Notes: generated by a model not told the origin, from the letters alone. DNA of 42,241 nucleotides from a virus (IMGVR_UViG_3300016649_000263:1-42241); one strand, 5' to 3'; positions 1 through 9,235 are shown, counted from the first letter of the stretch. Program-made: numbers and translations.

Positions 1-95
1 ATCAGCACGATACTGACCAGCGCAGCAAGCAGCCAGGCAAGCGTGGTGAAAAAACCACCTAAAACAAAGTTAAGAATATTGAGTACGGTACGCAT
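1..95 (-). CDS. yccF: Host inner-membrane protein YccF, 5' part (runs off the left edge)
   Basis: Reverse strand from ATG at 95 reads MRTVLNILNFVLGGFFTTLAWLLAALVSIVL, the recognisable enterobacterial YccF N-terminus. Confidence 0.9.
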   Translation of the reverse strand, partial: MRTVLNILNFVLGGFFTTLAWLLAALVSIVL

Positions 96-288
96 GGCAG
101 CTCTTCCCGAAGAGGTTAAAAAGTTGATAAATTTCGTGTTCACATAACGCAAACATACCTCTTATTCTACTCTGTTTTGGAGCGTGGATCGCCTGCGCTT
201 ATCAAAGGTAAACTCTTAAATGCTCTTGCATGTAAAATGTCTATTGTAAATGATGGCATTCTAACGATTGACTGCGATTTCTAATTTC

Positions 289-326
289 AAGAGGCGCTCA
301 GTGATTCTGACGCCTCTTTTCTTTTT
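289..326 (+). terminator. Intrinsic terminator-like hairpin upstream of the integrase
   Basis: AAGAGGCG...CGCCTCTT stem followed by a T-rich tract. Confidence 0.55.
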
Positions 327-359
327 AACGATTGGAAACGATTTCAGAGAGCATCATTT

Positions 360-446
360 TACCGTCGGTTATTTTGACGGTATTTATTTTTCAGGGTAAG
401 TTTACCGCCATTATACCGACACCATTTTGGTAACCACTGACGGTAT
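360..446. repeat. Putative integrase arm-type binding sites (left att arm), plus an imperfect operator at 419-433
   Basis: Clustered TACCGTC/GACGGTA/TACCGCC/TACCGAC heptamers; similar ACGGTA repeats at ~42139-42158. Confidence 0.5.
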
Positions 447-463
447 TCACCCAGAGAACGCGC

Positions 464-1660
464 ATGCTTACTGACACAAAATTAAAAAGCCTTAAGCCGC
501 AGGCCAAGCTGTATAAGGTTTCAGACCGCGATGGCCTATACGTTGCCGTATCCCCCGGCGGTACCGTCAGCTTTCGATATGACTACCGGATAAACGGACG
601 GCGAGAAACATTGACGATCGGTAAATACGGTGCCGATGGAATATCTCTTGCTGAGGCCAGAGATAAACTCAATGCAGCCAAAAAGCTGGTTGATGCCGGT
701 GAATCACCCGCTACCAAAAAGAGAGAGGGGAAGTCAGCCACACGAAACGCAACCAGGATGAACGATTACATCATTCTCTGGAAAAAGATATGGGAAGGCG
801 CCCCGTCTACACTGGCAACACGACAGGCAATGATAAATAACCACATCAAGCCGAAGTATGGCCGGATGCTGTTGAAAGAGGTAACTCCCAGCATGCTCCG
901 GGAGCATTGTGAGAAAATAAGGGATAACGGTGCACCATCTACAGCCGTAATGGTCAGGGATATCGTCGCCAAGATATTCAGGTTTGCGCAGGCTCGGGGT
1001 TATGATGGCGACAACCCGGCTGATAAAGTCCCCTCCAGTACGATCGCCAAGTTCAAGCCGCGTGACAGGGCACTCAGTGAAAAAGAAATCGGCGTCTTCT
1101 TCAACGCGTTGCACTCCACCGCCAACGCACCTTCAATGCGCATGCTTCTCAAACTGTTATTTCTGACGATGCTCAGGAAAAACGAATTGCAGTCTGCAAC
1201 GTGGGACATGGTGGATTTTGAAAAGAGAACGCTGACCATACCGGCATCACTGATGAAGATGTCGCGGCCGCACGTCGTGTACCTGTCCAATCAGGCATAT
1301 GACATCCTGATCGGGCTGAACGGTATTTATGGAAATGCTGCCTATATTCACCCGGGCAGATTCGGCGATGACAGAACGCTATCATCACCAGCACTGAATA
1401 CGATGATCAATAAAACAATTGCGTGGATTCAAAAACAGGGTGGGAGTTTCGAGCATTTCACCGTCCACGACCTGCGCCGGACGGCGTCAACGCTACTGCA
1501 TGAGGCGGGGTTTAATACTGACTGGATAGAGAAATGTCTGGCGCATGAGCAGGGCGGTGTCCGCGCAGTCTACAACAAAGCAGAATACGCGGAGCAGCGC
1601 CGAGACATGTTGCAGCAGTGGGCGGATATGGTTGATGGGTGGATCGAGAAGGAGAGGTGA
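464..1660 (+). CDS. int: Tyrosine recombinase/integrase (P4-like, N-terminal arm-binding domain)
   Basis: N-terminal LYKVSDRDGLY..V arm-binding motif; catalytic R (MLRKNE), HDLRRT, LAH and YNKAEY. Confidence 0.95.
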   Translation: MLTDTKLKSLKPQAKLYKVSDRDGLYVAVSPGGTVSFRYDYRINGRRETLTIGKYGADGISLAEARDKLNAAKKLVDAGESPATKKREGKSATRNATRMNDYIILWKKIWEGAPSTLATRQAMINNHIKPKYGRMLLKEVTPSMLREHCEKIRDNGAPSTAVMVRDIVAKIFRFAQARGYDGDNPADKVPSSTIAKFKPRDRALSEKEIGVFFNALHSTANAPSMRMLLKLLFLTMLRKNELQSATWDMVDFEKRTLTIPASLMKMSRPHVVYLSNQAYDILIGLNGIYGNAAYIHPGRFGDDRTLSSPALNTMINKTIAWIQKQGGSFEHFTVHDLRRTASTLLHEAGFNTDWIEKCLAHEQGGVRAVYNKAEYAEQRRDMLQQWADMVDGWIEKER

Positions 1661-1664
1661 ATTT

Positions 1665-2306
1665 TCAAGTCCGGCTTAGCTCGCCGAATTTCTGTTCATA
1701 GGTATGCAGCTTCCAGCGGTCGAGCCTGTACTGTTTGATCTCTTCGTTGAGCCGGTCAACCTCGCCAGCCAGGCGGGAACGTTCTCGATGTGCGCCGCGC
1801 ACCAGCTCCTTGGTTTCCTCAGGATCCCCGAACCGAACCAGCGCGTGTGCAAGCATGTCCAGCTCGAAACGCTGGTCTGCCGGATGCTGCCAGAACGGTG
1901 CGAGTTCGTGGCCGCGATAGCCGCAAGCGAGGTAGGCGCAGACGTGACCGGCTTTCAGCTTGATGTGTCCGCGCTTGTTCACCCACAAAAGCCCCCAGCG
2001 TTCGGGAAGGTCGTCTAGGCTGATCAAGCCCTCAGGGCAGATGTAATACCGGTATGTTCCCATGCCGCTCGATTTTCCGTTCCGGTGTGGTTTCGCCCGA
2101 TCTGCCAGAAAATCAGACCGGCTGACCTTCGACTCGACAACCACCGAACCGCCGTCAAATCCCCACCGGTACCCGAAAGCGTCAGCACGCTCGCCACCGT
2201 ACAGCCCGCCGACCTCAGACAATGCCAACTGACAGCCTGGCCCGTTCCCGCTCGATGGACGCTTAAGCCATTTCACCGCGAGCGCGTTCAATTCGTTATG
2301 TGTCAC
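1665..2306 (-). CDS. Phage protein with PD-(D/E)XK/MmcB-like nuclease motif
   Basis: ADAFG...ESKVSRSDFLAD and YYICPEGLI...LPERWGLL motifs. Confidence 0.55.
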   Translation of the reverse strand: MTHNELNALAVKWLKRPSSGNGPGCQLALSEVGGLYGGERADAFGYRWGFDGGSVVVESKVSRSDFLADRAKPHRNGKSSGMGTYRYYICPEGLISLDDLPERWGLLWVNKRGHIKLKAGHVCAYLACGYRGHELAPFWQHPADQRFELDMLAHALVRFGDPEETKELVRGAHRERSRLAGEVDRLNEEIKQYRLDRWKLHTYEQKFGELSRT

Positions 2307-2968
2307 GCTACATTCTCCTTATCGCTGGCCCAGTCGATGTGCATTACGCCACCAGGCAAAAGTCCAATATCATTTCGCGGGCACTCGTTCCCCCAGTGGT
2401 GCCAGCCATCGGCTTCACCGCGGCTGAACAGTTCAATGCGTGACACGTCACCGTAAAGAAGCTCCAGCCGGTGCCGAGCCTCCCACGGTTTCGCGCTGTG
2501 CTCACCAAGTGGCGAGTGGATCACCTGCTTCACGCTGGCGCTGAGACGTTCCAGACCGGTACCGCGCACGGCGATCAGCAGATCCTCGCTGTTGGCGCGC
2601 GTGTAATTCCCGCCGTTCATGCGCGTTTGAGTGTTCAGCAGATCCATGAAGTCGTAGAAGTCCTGAACCTCACCGGCGGCCAGCGCTTTATTGATGTGCT
2701 GCTCAGCCAGCTGGTTCAGCTTCACCCAGGTGAAACCCTTCATCGTTTTGACTTTGAAGCCCCACGCTTCGGCAAGCTTAACGGCCTCGGCGTTATGGGT
2801 GCCGGTGTACCACATCGCCAGCACAGCGCTCTCAGCGGCAATTGACCAGACTGGCAGACGCATCAGGTCAGTCAGCGACATGGTGCCGTAGTGATTACCG
2901 GCGGCACCGTTGCTTACCACGTTGTCGTAACGCCAAGGCGGATCACAATAGATAAGCTGGTACATCAT
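2303..2968 (-). CDS. MT-A70 family adenine methyltransferase
   Basis: IYCDPPW, FTWVK, YTRANSE, HSAKP, IELFSR, WGNE motifs. Confidence 0.9.
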   Translation of the reverse strand: MMYQLIYCDPPWRYDNVVSNGAAGNHYGTMSLTDLMRLPVWSIAAESAVLAMWYTGTHNAEAVKLAEAWGFKVKTMKGFTWVKLNQLAEQHINKALAAGEVQDFYDFMDLLNTQTRMNGGNYTRANSEDLLIAVRGTGLERLSASVKQVIHSPLGEHSAKPWEARHRLELLYGDVSRIELFSRGEADGWHHWGNECPRNDIGLLPGGVMHIDWASDKENVA

Positions 2969-3426
2969 TCACACTCCGGTTTAGGGGCGGCGGGTAGTGG
3001 CATCCAGTGGGTAATTTGCCTGCCTTTTATTTTGTGGTCATAATCATCATGCCAGCAGCAATTTCGGCCAGAACAATCAGGAGAAAGCCATTTACCATAA
3101 CGAATGTAATGACCATTCCATAGCAAGCATTTATCGTGAGATGACTCACTTGGAAGCTGTTCACTGCACTTAATCCAACCATCCTGCTCTGTATGGGCTG
3201 GATGTGGGGTGCCGTAGAGGCTGTCACCAATGTTGATGTTCTGCGCGTAAAACCCTTTAAGGATAAAGCGGTCAGTGCCAGTGGTTTTGCTCTCAACATA
3301 CCCGATAGCTTTGGCCTGCTTTACCGATAAGGCGATGCGGGCGAGTGCCTCAATTTCTGGCTTAGATGATTCGTGTATAAGTGCCATCAGCCTTTCTTCG
3401 CTGAACTGCTCTAAATCGTTATTCAT
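2965..3426 (-). CDS. DUF551/Eaa-like phage protein
   Basis: WIKCSEQLP...ITHWMPLPAAP. Confidence 0.75.
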   Translation of the reverse strand: MNNDLEQFSEERLMALIHESSKPEIEALARIALSVKQAKAIGYVESKTTGTDRFILKGFYAQNINIGDSLYGTPHPAHTEQDGWIKCSEQLPSESSHDKCLLWNGHYIRYGKWLSPDCSGRNCCWHDDYDHKIKGRQITHWMPLPAAPKPECE

Positions 3427-3429
3427 GGC

Positions 3430-3903
3430 TTACTCCTTCAAAAACAGGATCCAGTGAGTTTTGTCGCCTTTGCCGGTGCGCTGCCAGATTGTTGGCTTCT
3501 GGTCAGTCAGGACGACTACCTGCGCAACGGGTATCTGCGTTTCGTTCCATTTGAAAACGAGCGTTCCGTGTGGCCGCAACACTCTGAACGCTTCGCGGAA
3601 ACCGGCGGCGATATCATCACGCCACGTTGCTTTATCCAGAGCACCGTACTTCTTCCGCATCCAGCCATTCACACCAGCGCGCTCGAGGTGAGGAGGATCG
3701 AATACAACCTGGGCAAAACTGTTATCTTCGAACGGCAGTTGGCGGAAGTCTGCGATAACATCCGGGCTGATCACCAGATGGCGCCCATCGCATAGCGTGT
3801 GATTTTCGCTGCGCACGTCGCTGAATACAGCGCGCTCATCTTGTTTATCGAGCCAGAACATCCTGGAGCCGCAGCACATATCGAGGATTACTTTTTCCAT
3901 CAT
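3430..3903 (-). CDS. Small class I SAM-dependent (probable DNA amino-) methyltransferase
   Basis: ILDMCCGSRMFW SAM-binding motif, VVFDPPH motif, FRVLRPHGTLVFKW. Confidence 0.85.
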   Translation of the reverse strand: MMEKVILDMCCGSRMFWLDKQDERAVFSDVRSENHTLCDGRHLVISPDVIADFRQLPFEDNSFAQVVFDPPHLERAGVNGWMRKKYGALDKATWRDDIAAGFREAFRVLRPHGTLVFKWNETQIPVAQVVVLTDQKPTIWQRTGKGDKTHWILFLKE

Positions 3904-4034
3904 GATTGCTTCCCCTTCATCCCCAGTTTCGCTTTCAGTTCAGCCAACTTAGCCAGGTTGCGGCTTTTACCGGCCGCACGGTTGTAATCCAGCAAAGGCT
4001 GTTCGGACTTTGGTTTTTCAGATGGCTCGCTCAT
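3900..4034 (-). CDS. Small basic hypothetical protein (44 aa, MSEPSEKPKS...)
   Basis: ATG at 4034 with GGGGAGG RBS; overlaps both neighbours. Confidence 0.5.
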   Translation of the reverse strand: MSEPSEKPKSEQPLLDYNRAAGKSRNLAKLAELKAKLGMKGKQS

Positions 4035-4233
4035 GAGTAGATGCCTCCCCGGCACCGACACTGGCGCGCTTATCTGCCTTGCGGCAGAAGTCAGCGCGTT
4101 CGTCAGACCAGTAAACGTTTTTGCCATTCGCCAGCGCATTGGCTGCCGCCCAGAGTTTTGCAGCCTCGGCAAAGTCGCCGCGCTGCTCTGCGGACACTGC
4201 TTGTGCTGACAGGTTGATGTAACCAATGCTCAT
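4018..4233 (-). CDS. ANR-family (AraC negative regulator-like) small protein
   Basis: A..AEQRGDF.EAA.LW..A...A...N..W...RA.FC pattern. Confidence 0.65.
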   Translation of the reverse strand: MSIGYINLSAQAVSAEQRGDFAEAAKLWAAANALANGKNVYWSDERADFCRKADKRASVGAGEASTHERAI

Positions 4234-4865
4234 AGGTCACCTCCGATACGTTCGAATTCAATCACCCATACCCACGGGTTTTCATCCCAGTTCTGATAGA
4301 TAGAATCCCAAAGGGTGGCAAAACCGTTTATGTGTGTTGCCGGAAAGTTTGGCCCCGGAGTCAGGGTCTCCCAGTCTTCCTCTGGAACGCCATGTTTTGC
4401 GAACCAAACGGCTGTTGTTGCTCCCTCAGCCTGAGCATCATGCTCGCTGATTGAATTCAGCCGCTCAATGCGAACGCCGGTGATCAGCAGGTCGATACGT
4501 GATGCCCAGCGCGGCATGTGGATGGATGGACGCCAGCGGGCACCTTCAGGCCAATCATCCGTTTTAGTGGCTCTGTAGGCCATGTCATGGCTATCTTGGT
4601 CGATGTTGTAGCGCGCCCAAGTCTCACGCACCCAAAGCTGATCGCCACGCATCCCAAGCGGACAGGCAATTTTCATCATGTCGTTACGAACCATAGTTTT
4701 CCCAGCGTGACATGGGATCCAGTAGCCAGGGACTCCGCATTCATCTTCTGGCGGAATAACCTCAGGCTGGTCTTTCATAATCCGACGAGTCTGCGTTTTT
4801 CGACCGCTGAGAATGGCCTTAACCATCTCAGCGTTGAATAAAATAGGGCGCTCTTTCATGGTCAC
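4230..4865 (-). CDS. ASCH/PUA-like phage protein
   Basis: ERPILF...MV.AIL.GRKTQTRR, GDQLWVRETW, WRPSIHMPRWASRI, NPWVWVIEF. Confidence 0.75.
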   Translation of the reverse strand: MTMKERPILFNAEMVKAILSGRKTQTRRIMKDQPEVIPPEDECGVPGYWIPCHAGKTMVRNDMMKIACPLGMRGDQLWVRETWARYNIDQDSHDMAYRATKTDDWPEGARWRPSIHMPRWASRIDLLITGVRIERLNSISEHDAQAEGATTAVWFAKHGVPEEDWETLTPGPNFPATHINGFATLWDSIYQNWDENPWVWVIEFERIGGDL

Positions 4866-5137
4866 ACCCCTGTGCGCTGTTCTGCGCGTAATTGAGCTTT
4901 CAGGTGGTTAGGGTTGCTGGCGTTCTTCGTGGCCATCGATGGGTCACGTTCGATCAGCTCAGGGTTCTGCTTGCGCGCATCAAGCCACGCTTCAACTTCT
5001 TCCTGATCCCACGCTACAACGCGGCTGGTAAGCGGGAAGCGTTTCGGAAAGTCACCGGCTTTTTCTAACTTGTCGATGGCGTACTCAGACAGAGGCACCA
5101 TGCTCAAGAGTTTGGTTTTTCGTACTGCTGCTTTCAT
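4862..5137 (-). CDS. AlpA-family DNA-binding protein, probable excisionase
   Basis: GDFPKRFPL...VAW...EVEAW motif; ATG 5137 with GAGGA RBS (shorter than the ORF-track call). Confidence 0.75.
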   Translation of the reverse strand: MKAAVRKTKLLSMVPLSEYAIDKLEKAGDFPKRFPLTSRVVAWDQEEVEAWLDARKQNPELIERDPSMATKNASNPNHLKAQLRAEQRTGV

Positions 5138-5184
5138 AGGTTGATCCTCAAGAGGAGCGGGGCGACTGCCCCGCATAGTGGTGG

Positions 5185-6279
5185 TTACTGGAATTCAGGA
5201 CGGAGATCGTTAAGGGTGATGGTGAAGGCTTCGAACAACTCAGCGCCGAGCTTATGTTCCCGCTTTTTCAGTTCTTTCTCTACTGCGGCAAACTTGTCTG
5301 CCCGGTCTTCATCGCCGAGGTCGAGGCTGTTGATCGCTGCCTCAATAAAGTGGTGACTGTCGAGGCGCACATACTTAACTTTCGCGGCGTACAGCAGTTC
5401 GTCATAGGATGCTTTGCTAATCAGTGACTGGCTATCTTTCACCTTTTCACCGGCTGCATTAGCCTCTTCAAGTGTGGTTGCATCATTGATCAGCGCTGTT
5501 AACTCGGTGACCAGTTCTGTGTTTTCAGCTGGCGTATCTTCAACCACGCCGTTGATCAAGTTATTCAGGTCGGAAGATGAAGTGCGCGTTGGAGTGATGT
5601 CTCTTTCAACGAGTGGTCCTTCATCTAACTCGTCAGGCGTGTAGACGCCGAGAATTACCTCAGGGCAGTAGAGCCGAGACCAGTACTTAACACCGAGATA
5701 AGCGATCTGCTGTTTAGGGTTTGAAACCCAGAGCGGCGAGTTGCGAGTTACTACGCTGGAGAAATACACCGGCTCGCCCCAGGTAATTTCAGTTTCTCCG
5801 CGTAGAACAGCGCCAACACGAACCGACAGGCCTTCTTCGTCAGCATCAGACCAGCCTTTTACTCGCTCGGTCTTTCCATACGTTCCGCCACCTTTCGCGG
5901 GCCGCTGCACAGTTTCTTCCTTTGTTTTTGTGCACTTCGACCAGTCGCCTTCGTACTCATAATGGAAGCGGCCCTGTATAACGTTTGAACTGGATATCAC
6001 AGCATTTACCAGTTGCGCCTCGTAGCCGAGCACGCCGTTAATCAGGTGGGTTTTTTGTGCCACTGCGTACGGGTTCATACCCCACTGCATCGCCTGCATT
6101 ACGACGGCCATGCAATCTGCTGGCTTGCCGACGAAGTGAGCAGGGACGCTGATGCTGGATTGCGACATCATGTCTGCAAAACCTTTCAACTGCTGAAGCG
6201 CCTGCGGGTTGAATACGGCATTACTGGCCGTCATGGTTGCAGGCTGGTCCTGCACAATTATCATTTCTTGATTACTCAT
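5185..6279 (-). CDS. recT: RecT-family single-strand annealing protein
   Basis: VPAHF.GKPADC.AV.MQA.QWGMNPYAVAQKT..NG.LGYEAQL; W.SNPKQQIAYL; adjacent to a RecE-like gene; start moved to ATG 6279. Confidence 0.85.
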   Translation of the reverse strand: MSNQEMIIVQDQPATMTASNAVFNPQALQQLKGFADMMSQSSISVPAHFVGKPADCMAVVMQAMQWGMNPYAVAQKTHLINGVLGYEAQLVNAVISSSNVIQGRFHYEYEGDWSKCTKTKEETVQRPAKGGGTYGKTERVKGWSDADEEGLSVRVGAVLRGETEITWGEPVYFSSVVTRNSPLWVSNPKQQIAYLGVKYWSRLYCPEVILGVYTPDELDEGPLVERDITPTRTSSSDLNNLINGVVEDTPAENTELVTELTALINDATTLEEANAAGEKVKDSQSLISKASYDELLYAAKVKYVRLDSHHFIEAAINSLDLGDEDRADKFAAVEKELKKREHKLGAELFEAFTITLNDLRPEFQ

Positions 6280-7097
6280 TGGATCCCGTCCCGTTTTCTT
6301 GCCCACGCAGGGCGTTGGATTTTTTCAATACCGCCCCAGGCATTACTGGTTCGGCACTTATGGAAAGTATTCAGATCACGCCGGTATAGGCGGTGACCTT
6401 CTTCTAAGTCTTTTTCTTCCAGTTCGAACACGCGCACCGGGTACCGGCCGCAGTCGATCGTGTCGCTGACAGCGATGAAGACGAATAGGGGATATTCATT
6501 AAAGGTCTGGTAAAACCCGTCGCGGTACATGGCAGCCTGAACGTGGTAGCGGAACTCCTCGATGTGCCTGGCGAACCGGTCCATGTCGGCAACCTTTTTC
6601 ACGTCAGCGATAACCGGGCGGGCTTTTAGATATTTGTCAGGGCGGCAACGGCACAGCTCGCCGGTTTCATCGTCCTGCCAGTAGAATGAAGACTCTGTAT
6701 ATCCGTCTGCTTCCAGCAACCAGCGAGCCGGTGGATAGGCCATTGCGCTACCCTGCATAAGGGACAGTTTCCGGTGCTGTTCAAAATCCATAACCGTTTT
6801 GCCCGTGTCCTCACAGTCTTTGATGAACTGCTTTTCGCGCTCTTTTCCGTCGGTGGTGCGCCGGTTAAACTCTGGTGCTTTGATGAAACGCTTGCTGAAT
6901 TCATCCGGCTCCAGCAGCAGGCAGTGCAGCGCGGTACCCATGTCCAGCGCCTTCAGCTTTTCATCATCGACCGGCGCTGCTTTCTTCCAGGGGAAGATCG
7001 CTGGGTTGACAGCTACATCGTCGAGCTGGGACTTACTAACCCCAGCCCCGCTGTGATATTCCTCGTTCGAAATATCGTGATAAATTCCCGGTTCCAT
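6276..7097 (-). CDS. recE: RecE/exonuclease VIII-like PD-(D/E)XK nuclease
   Basis: GIY.DISNEEYH...SKS.LD, GTALH..LLEP, RCRPD, DVK, YHVQAAMY; ATG 7097 with RBS. Confidence 0.85.
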   Translation of the reverse strand: MEPGIYHDISNEEYHSGAGVSKSQLDDVAVNPAIFPWKKAAPVDDEKLKALDMGTALHCLLLEPDEFSKRFIKAPEFNRRTTDGKEREKQFIKDCEDTGKTVMDFEQHRKLSLMQGSAMAYPPARWLLEADGYTESSFYWQDDETGELCRCRPDKYLKARPVIADVKKVADMDRFARHIEEFRYHVQAAMYRDGFYQTFNEYPLFVFIAVSDTIDCGRYPVRVFELEEKDLEEGHRLYRRDLNTFHKCRTSNAWGGIEKIQRPAWARKRDGIQ

Positions 7098-7393
7098 TAA
7101 AGTTCCTCCCCCATTAAAAACCGGTAGTCGTATTCTTCTTTGGCCTGTTCCATGCAAATCGCCGTCACCAGTTCTTGATAGGCTTCTAAACAGACCGTTT
7201 TCGACATTGCTGAAGAGAAGTGCGACAGCTCATGAAATGGACTCAGGGATTTCCAGAACGTATCTGGAAACTCTTTTGCCAGTTCAGCGGCGCGCTCAGT
7301 CAGCATTTCTTCTTTGCGCTCGTCGGCGTAACTCTGTTCCCAGCGGTGTTCTTCCAACCGCTCATGAAAGGCTGGCGATGCCATGGTGTTCAC
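7097..7393 (-). CDS. Hypothetical protein
   Basis: ORF coupled to neighbours in the leftward operon. Confidence 0.6.
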   Translation of the reverse strand: MNTMASPAFHERLEEHRWEQSYADERKEEMLTERAAELAKEFPDTFWKSLSPFHELSHFSSAMSKTVCLEAYQELVTAICMEQAKEEYDYRFLMGEEL

Positions 7394-7396
7394 CTG

Positions 7397-8440
7397 TTAG
7401 TAATTGATCTGGGTTGAGGACACTTTCCCTGATGCGATAGCGCGGATGCATTGCACGGCACATTCTTCAGGGACTCCGGCAGCGACTAAATCAGAAACAG
7501 CCTTTTGATTAATCGACCGTTTGTGCTCGACGTTTGCAGCGCGGGCAGCAGATTCATCAGCAATACGTTTCTGCTCTGCCAAACGAGCCTGCTCAGCTTG
7601 TTGCGCTCTTAACTGCTCGGCGGCAATTGCCTGCTGCTTATCTCGTTCAGCTTTTTCCAGAGCCTCTTTCTTTTCGCGTTCAGCTTTCTGCTGTGCTGCC
7701 ACCGCGTCAGCTTCACGCCTTGCAGATGCTTCACGCTCTGCCTGAGCAGCAAGCTCGGCCTCTCGCTTAACCCGGTCAGCGATTTCTTTTTCACGTGCGG
7801 CTTCCAGATCTTTCTGGCGCTGTGCTTCCTGCTGAATTCGCAGGTTTTCCAGCTCAGTGGCCTCCGCTTCACGCTTGGTCGCCAGTTCTAGCGCCTGTTC
7901 CAGCTTCGAAACCGCCGCGTCTTTGGCGACGGCTGCTTCAGCGGTTAATTCCTGCCAGCTTTCGTCTATGGCGATTGCTTTCACCTGAGTGAGGCGGTCA
8001 GCGATTTCAGAGGAGTGGTAAGGGGATCCGAACTCATCAACAACCTGTGATGAATTGCGCAGGCAGGTAAGCCGGTTTTGCAGGTCAGCGATTCGCTGTT
8101 TTTCCGCATTTTCATACTCGGTGAGAGGTAGGCGAATCTCGTCGCGCAATGCATCACACGCATCGACAAAGCGTTTCAGCTCGCCCTCAGCTGGCTTGAC
8201 GGCTTCCTTGAGACGCTTCAGGTACTCACGCCCCGGCTTTTCAATGGCCGTTTTACTGCGGCTGACTGACGCCGCGAGAGAAGCGATACGGTCACGACCT
8301 TTCTTTGTGCTCAGGTCGGGAACCTCGTTTACTGCTTCACGGATTTCAGCCAGGAATCCGTCTAACCCCAACGGCACGTAAAGAGTCGGCGCCATGTCTT
8401 CCGTGATAACAACGGAAGGTAATTGTTTTTCTTCACTCAT
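7397..8440 (-). CDS. Coiled-coil phage protein (often mis-annotated as TolA)
   Basis: PDLSTKKGRDRIASLA N-terminal motif; long A/E/K/Q/R-rich helical region; ATG 8440 with AAGGA RBS. Confidence 0.7.
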   Translation of the reverse strand: MSEEKQLPSVVITEDMAPTLYVPLGLDGFLAEIREAVNEVPDLSTKKGRDRIASLAASVSRSKTAIEKPGREYLKRLKEAVKPAEGELKRFVDACDALRDEIRLPLTEYENAEKQRIADLQNRLTCLRNSSQVVDEFGSPYHSSEIADRLTQVKAIAIDESWQELTAEAAVAKDAAVSKLEQALELATKREAEATELENLRIQQEAQRQKDLEAAREKEIADRVKREAELAAQAEREASARREADAVAAQQKAEREKKEALEKAERDKQQAIAAEQLRAQQAEQARLAEQKRIADESAARAANVEHKRSINQKAVSDLVAAGVPEECAVQCIRAIASGKVSSTQINY

Positions 8441-8450
8441 TGCTATGTCC

Positions 8451-8585
8451 TTAAAATTCACAGGCGACTTTCATCGCCGTTTTAGTGATGTACGCCCATT
8501 CCACGCCGCTGCGGAAACTCTCAAAAGCGCGGGTCTGGCCGTTGATGGTGAAAATATGTTTACCGTTTTGGATCGTGAAACGCAT
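8451..8585 (-). CDS. Small hypothetical protein, 44 aa (MRFTIQNGKHIFTINGQTRAFESFRSGVEWAYITKTAMKVACEF); not in the ORF track
   Basis: ATG 8585 with AGGAG RBS, stop at 8451-8453; fills the operon gap. Confidence 0.6.
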   Translation of the reverse strand: MRFTIQNGKHIFTINGQTRAFESFRSGVEWAYITKTAMKVACEF

Positions 8586-8602
8586 TTGATGCTCCTAATT
8601 AG

Positions 8603-8617
8603 TTACTGTTTTGGTAA
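8603..8617. promoter_or_regulatory. Repressor operator (1 mismatch)
   Basis: TTACT-GTTTT-GGTAA. Confidence 0.55.
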
Positions 8618-8818
8618 CTATTCAAGGCGTAAAAAAGAGTGAGCCGGTGTTTCTGGCTCTTTAATTTCCTGAATTTCCGGTTTGAACGTGAATGCCAGGA
8701 ACTGGCGTTCGTCCATTGTCATGGTGCTTCGTGGGTTATCTGATATTTCAACCCGGTAGTCGCAACCACGGCGACGGACAACGAATATCTCACCGGTTAA
8801 TGTGTTTATCAGTTTCAT
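8618..8818 (-). CDS. Hypothetical protein
   Basis: ORF with GGAG RBS in the leftward operon. Confidence 0.6.
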   Translation of the reverse strand: MKLINTLTGEIFVVRRRGCDYRVEISDNPRSTMTMDERQFLAFTFKPEIQEIKEPETPAHSFLRLE

Positions 8819-8837
8819 GGTTGCGGCTCCGGGAGGG

Positions 8838-9074
8838 TTACTGTTCTGCGATTACTTCGTAGCCATTTGATTCTACGAACTCGATAATTTCACTCAATTT
8901 CATCTCGTTCAGCAGAGATTCGTTATCCATTTCTGCAACTATCTGCTCAGCAGAGAAAGAATCTACAATATTGATATCATCCATTTCTGCTTCAAGAACT
9001 GCGTTATAGCCTTGACCTCTTGAATGCTCAATGCTTCCAATTTTCTTGAAGTAAACCTTTGTGCTGATTGTCAT
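8838..9074 (-). CDS. Hypothetical acidic protein, first gene of the leftward operon
   Basis: ORF downstream of pL and boxA. Confidence 0.6.
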   Translation of the reverse strand: MTISTKVYFKKIGSIEHSRGQGYNAVLEAEMDDINIVDSFSAEQIVAEMDNESLLNEMKLSEIIEFVESNGYEVIAEQ

Positions 9075-9220
9075 ATCGGTAGTCTCAGTTAGTTATGTGA
9101 TGGTGGGTTTTGCTGCCTTACCGAAACCCACGCACGCATGGGCAGCGGTGAGACAACATTGAATTTCACATACAACTTTCCTTATAAAGGCCGCGTCTGC
9201 GGTGGTGTATGTCGTCCTGA

Positions 9221-9233
9221 TTGTTAAAGAGCG
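9221..9233 (-). promoter_or_regulatory. boxA antitermination element
   Basis: CGCTCTTTAACAA on the minus strand just downstream of pL. Confidence 0.75.
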
Positions 9234-9235
9234 GG

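Noticed and set aside
1665-2968. Type II restriction-modification system
   Set aside because: Both genes lie in the repressed early operon and belong to common phage families; the nuclease motif alone is insufficient
7397-8440. TolA-like envelope protein
   Set aside because: Similarity is only A/E/K low-complexity coiled coil; no TM anchor
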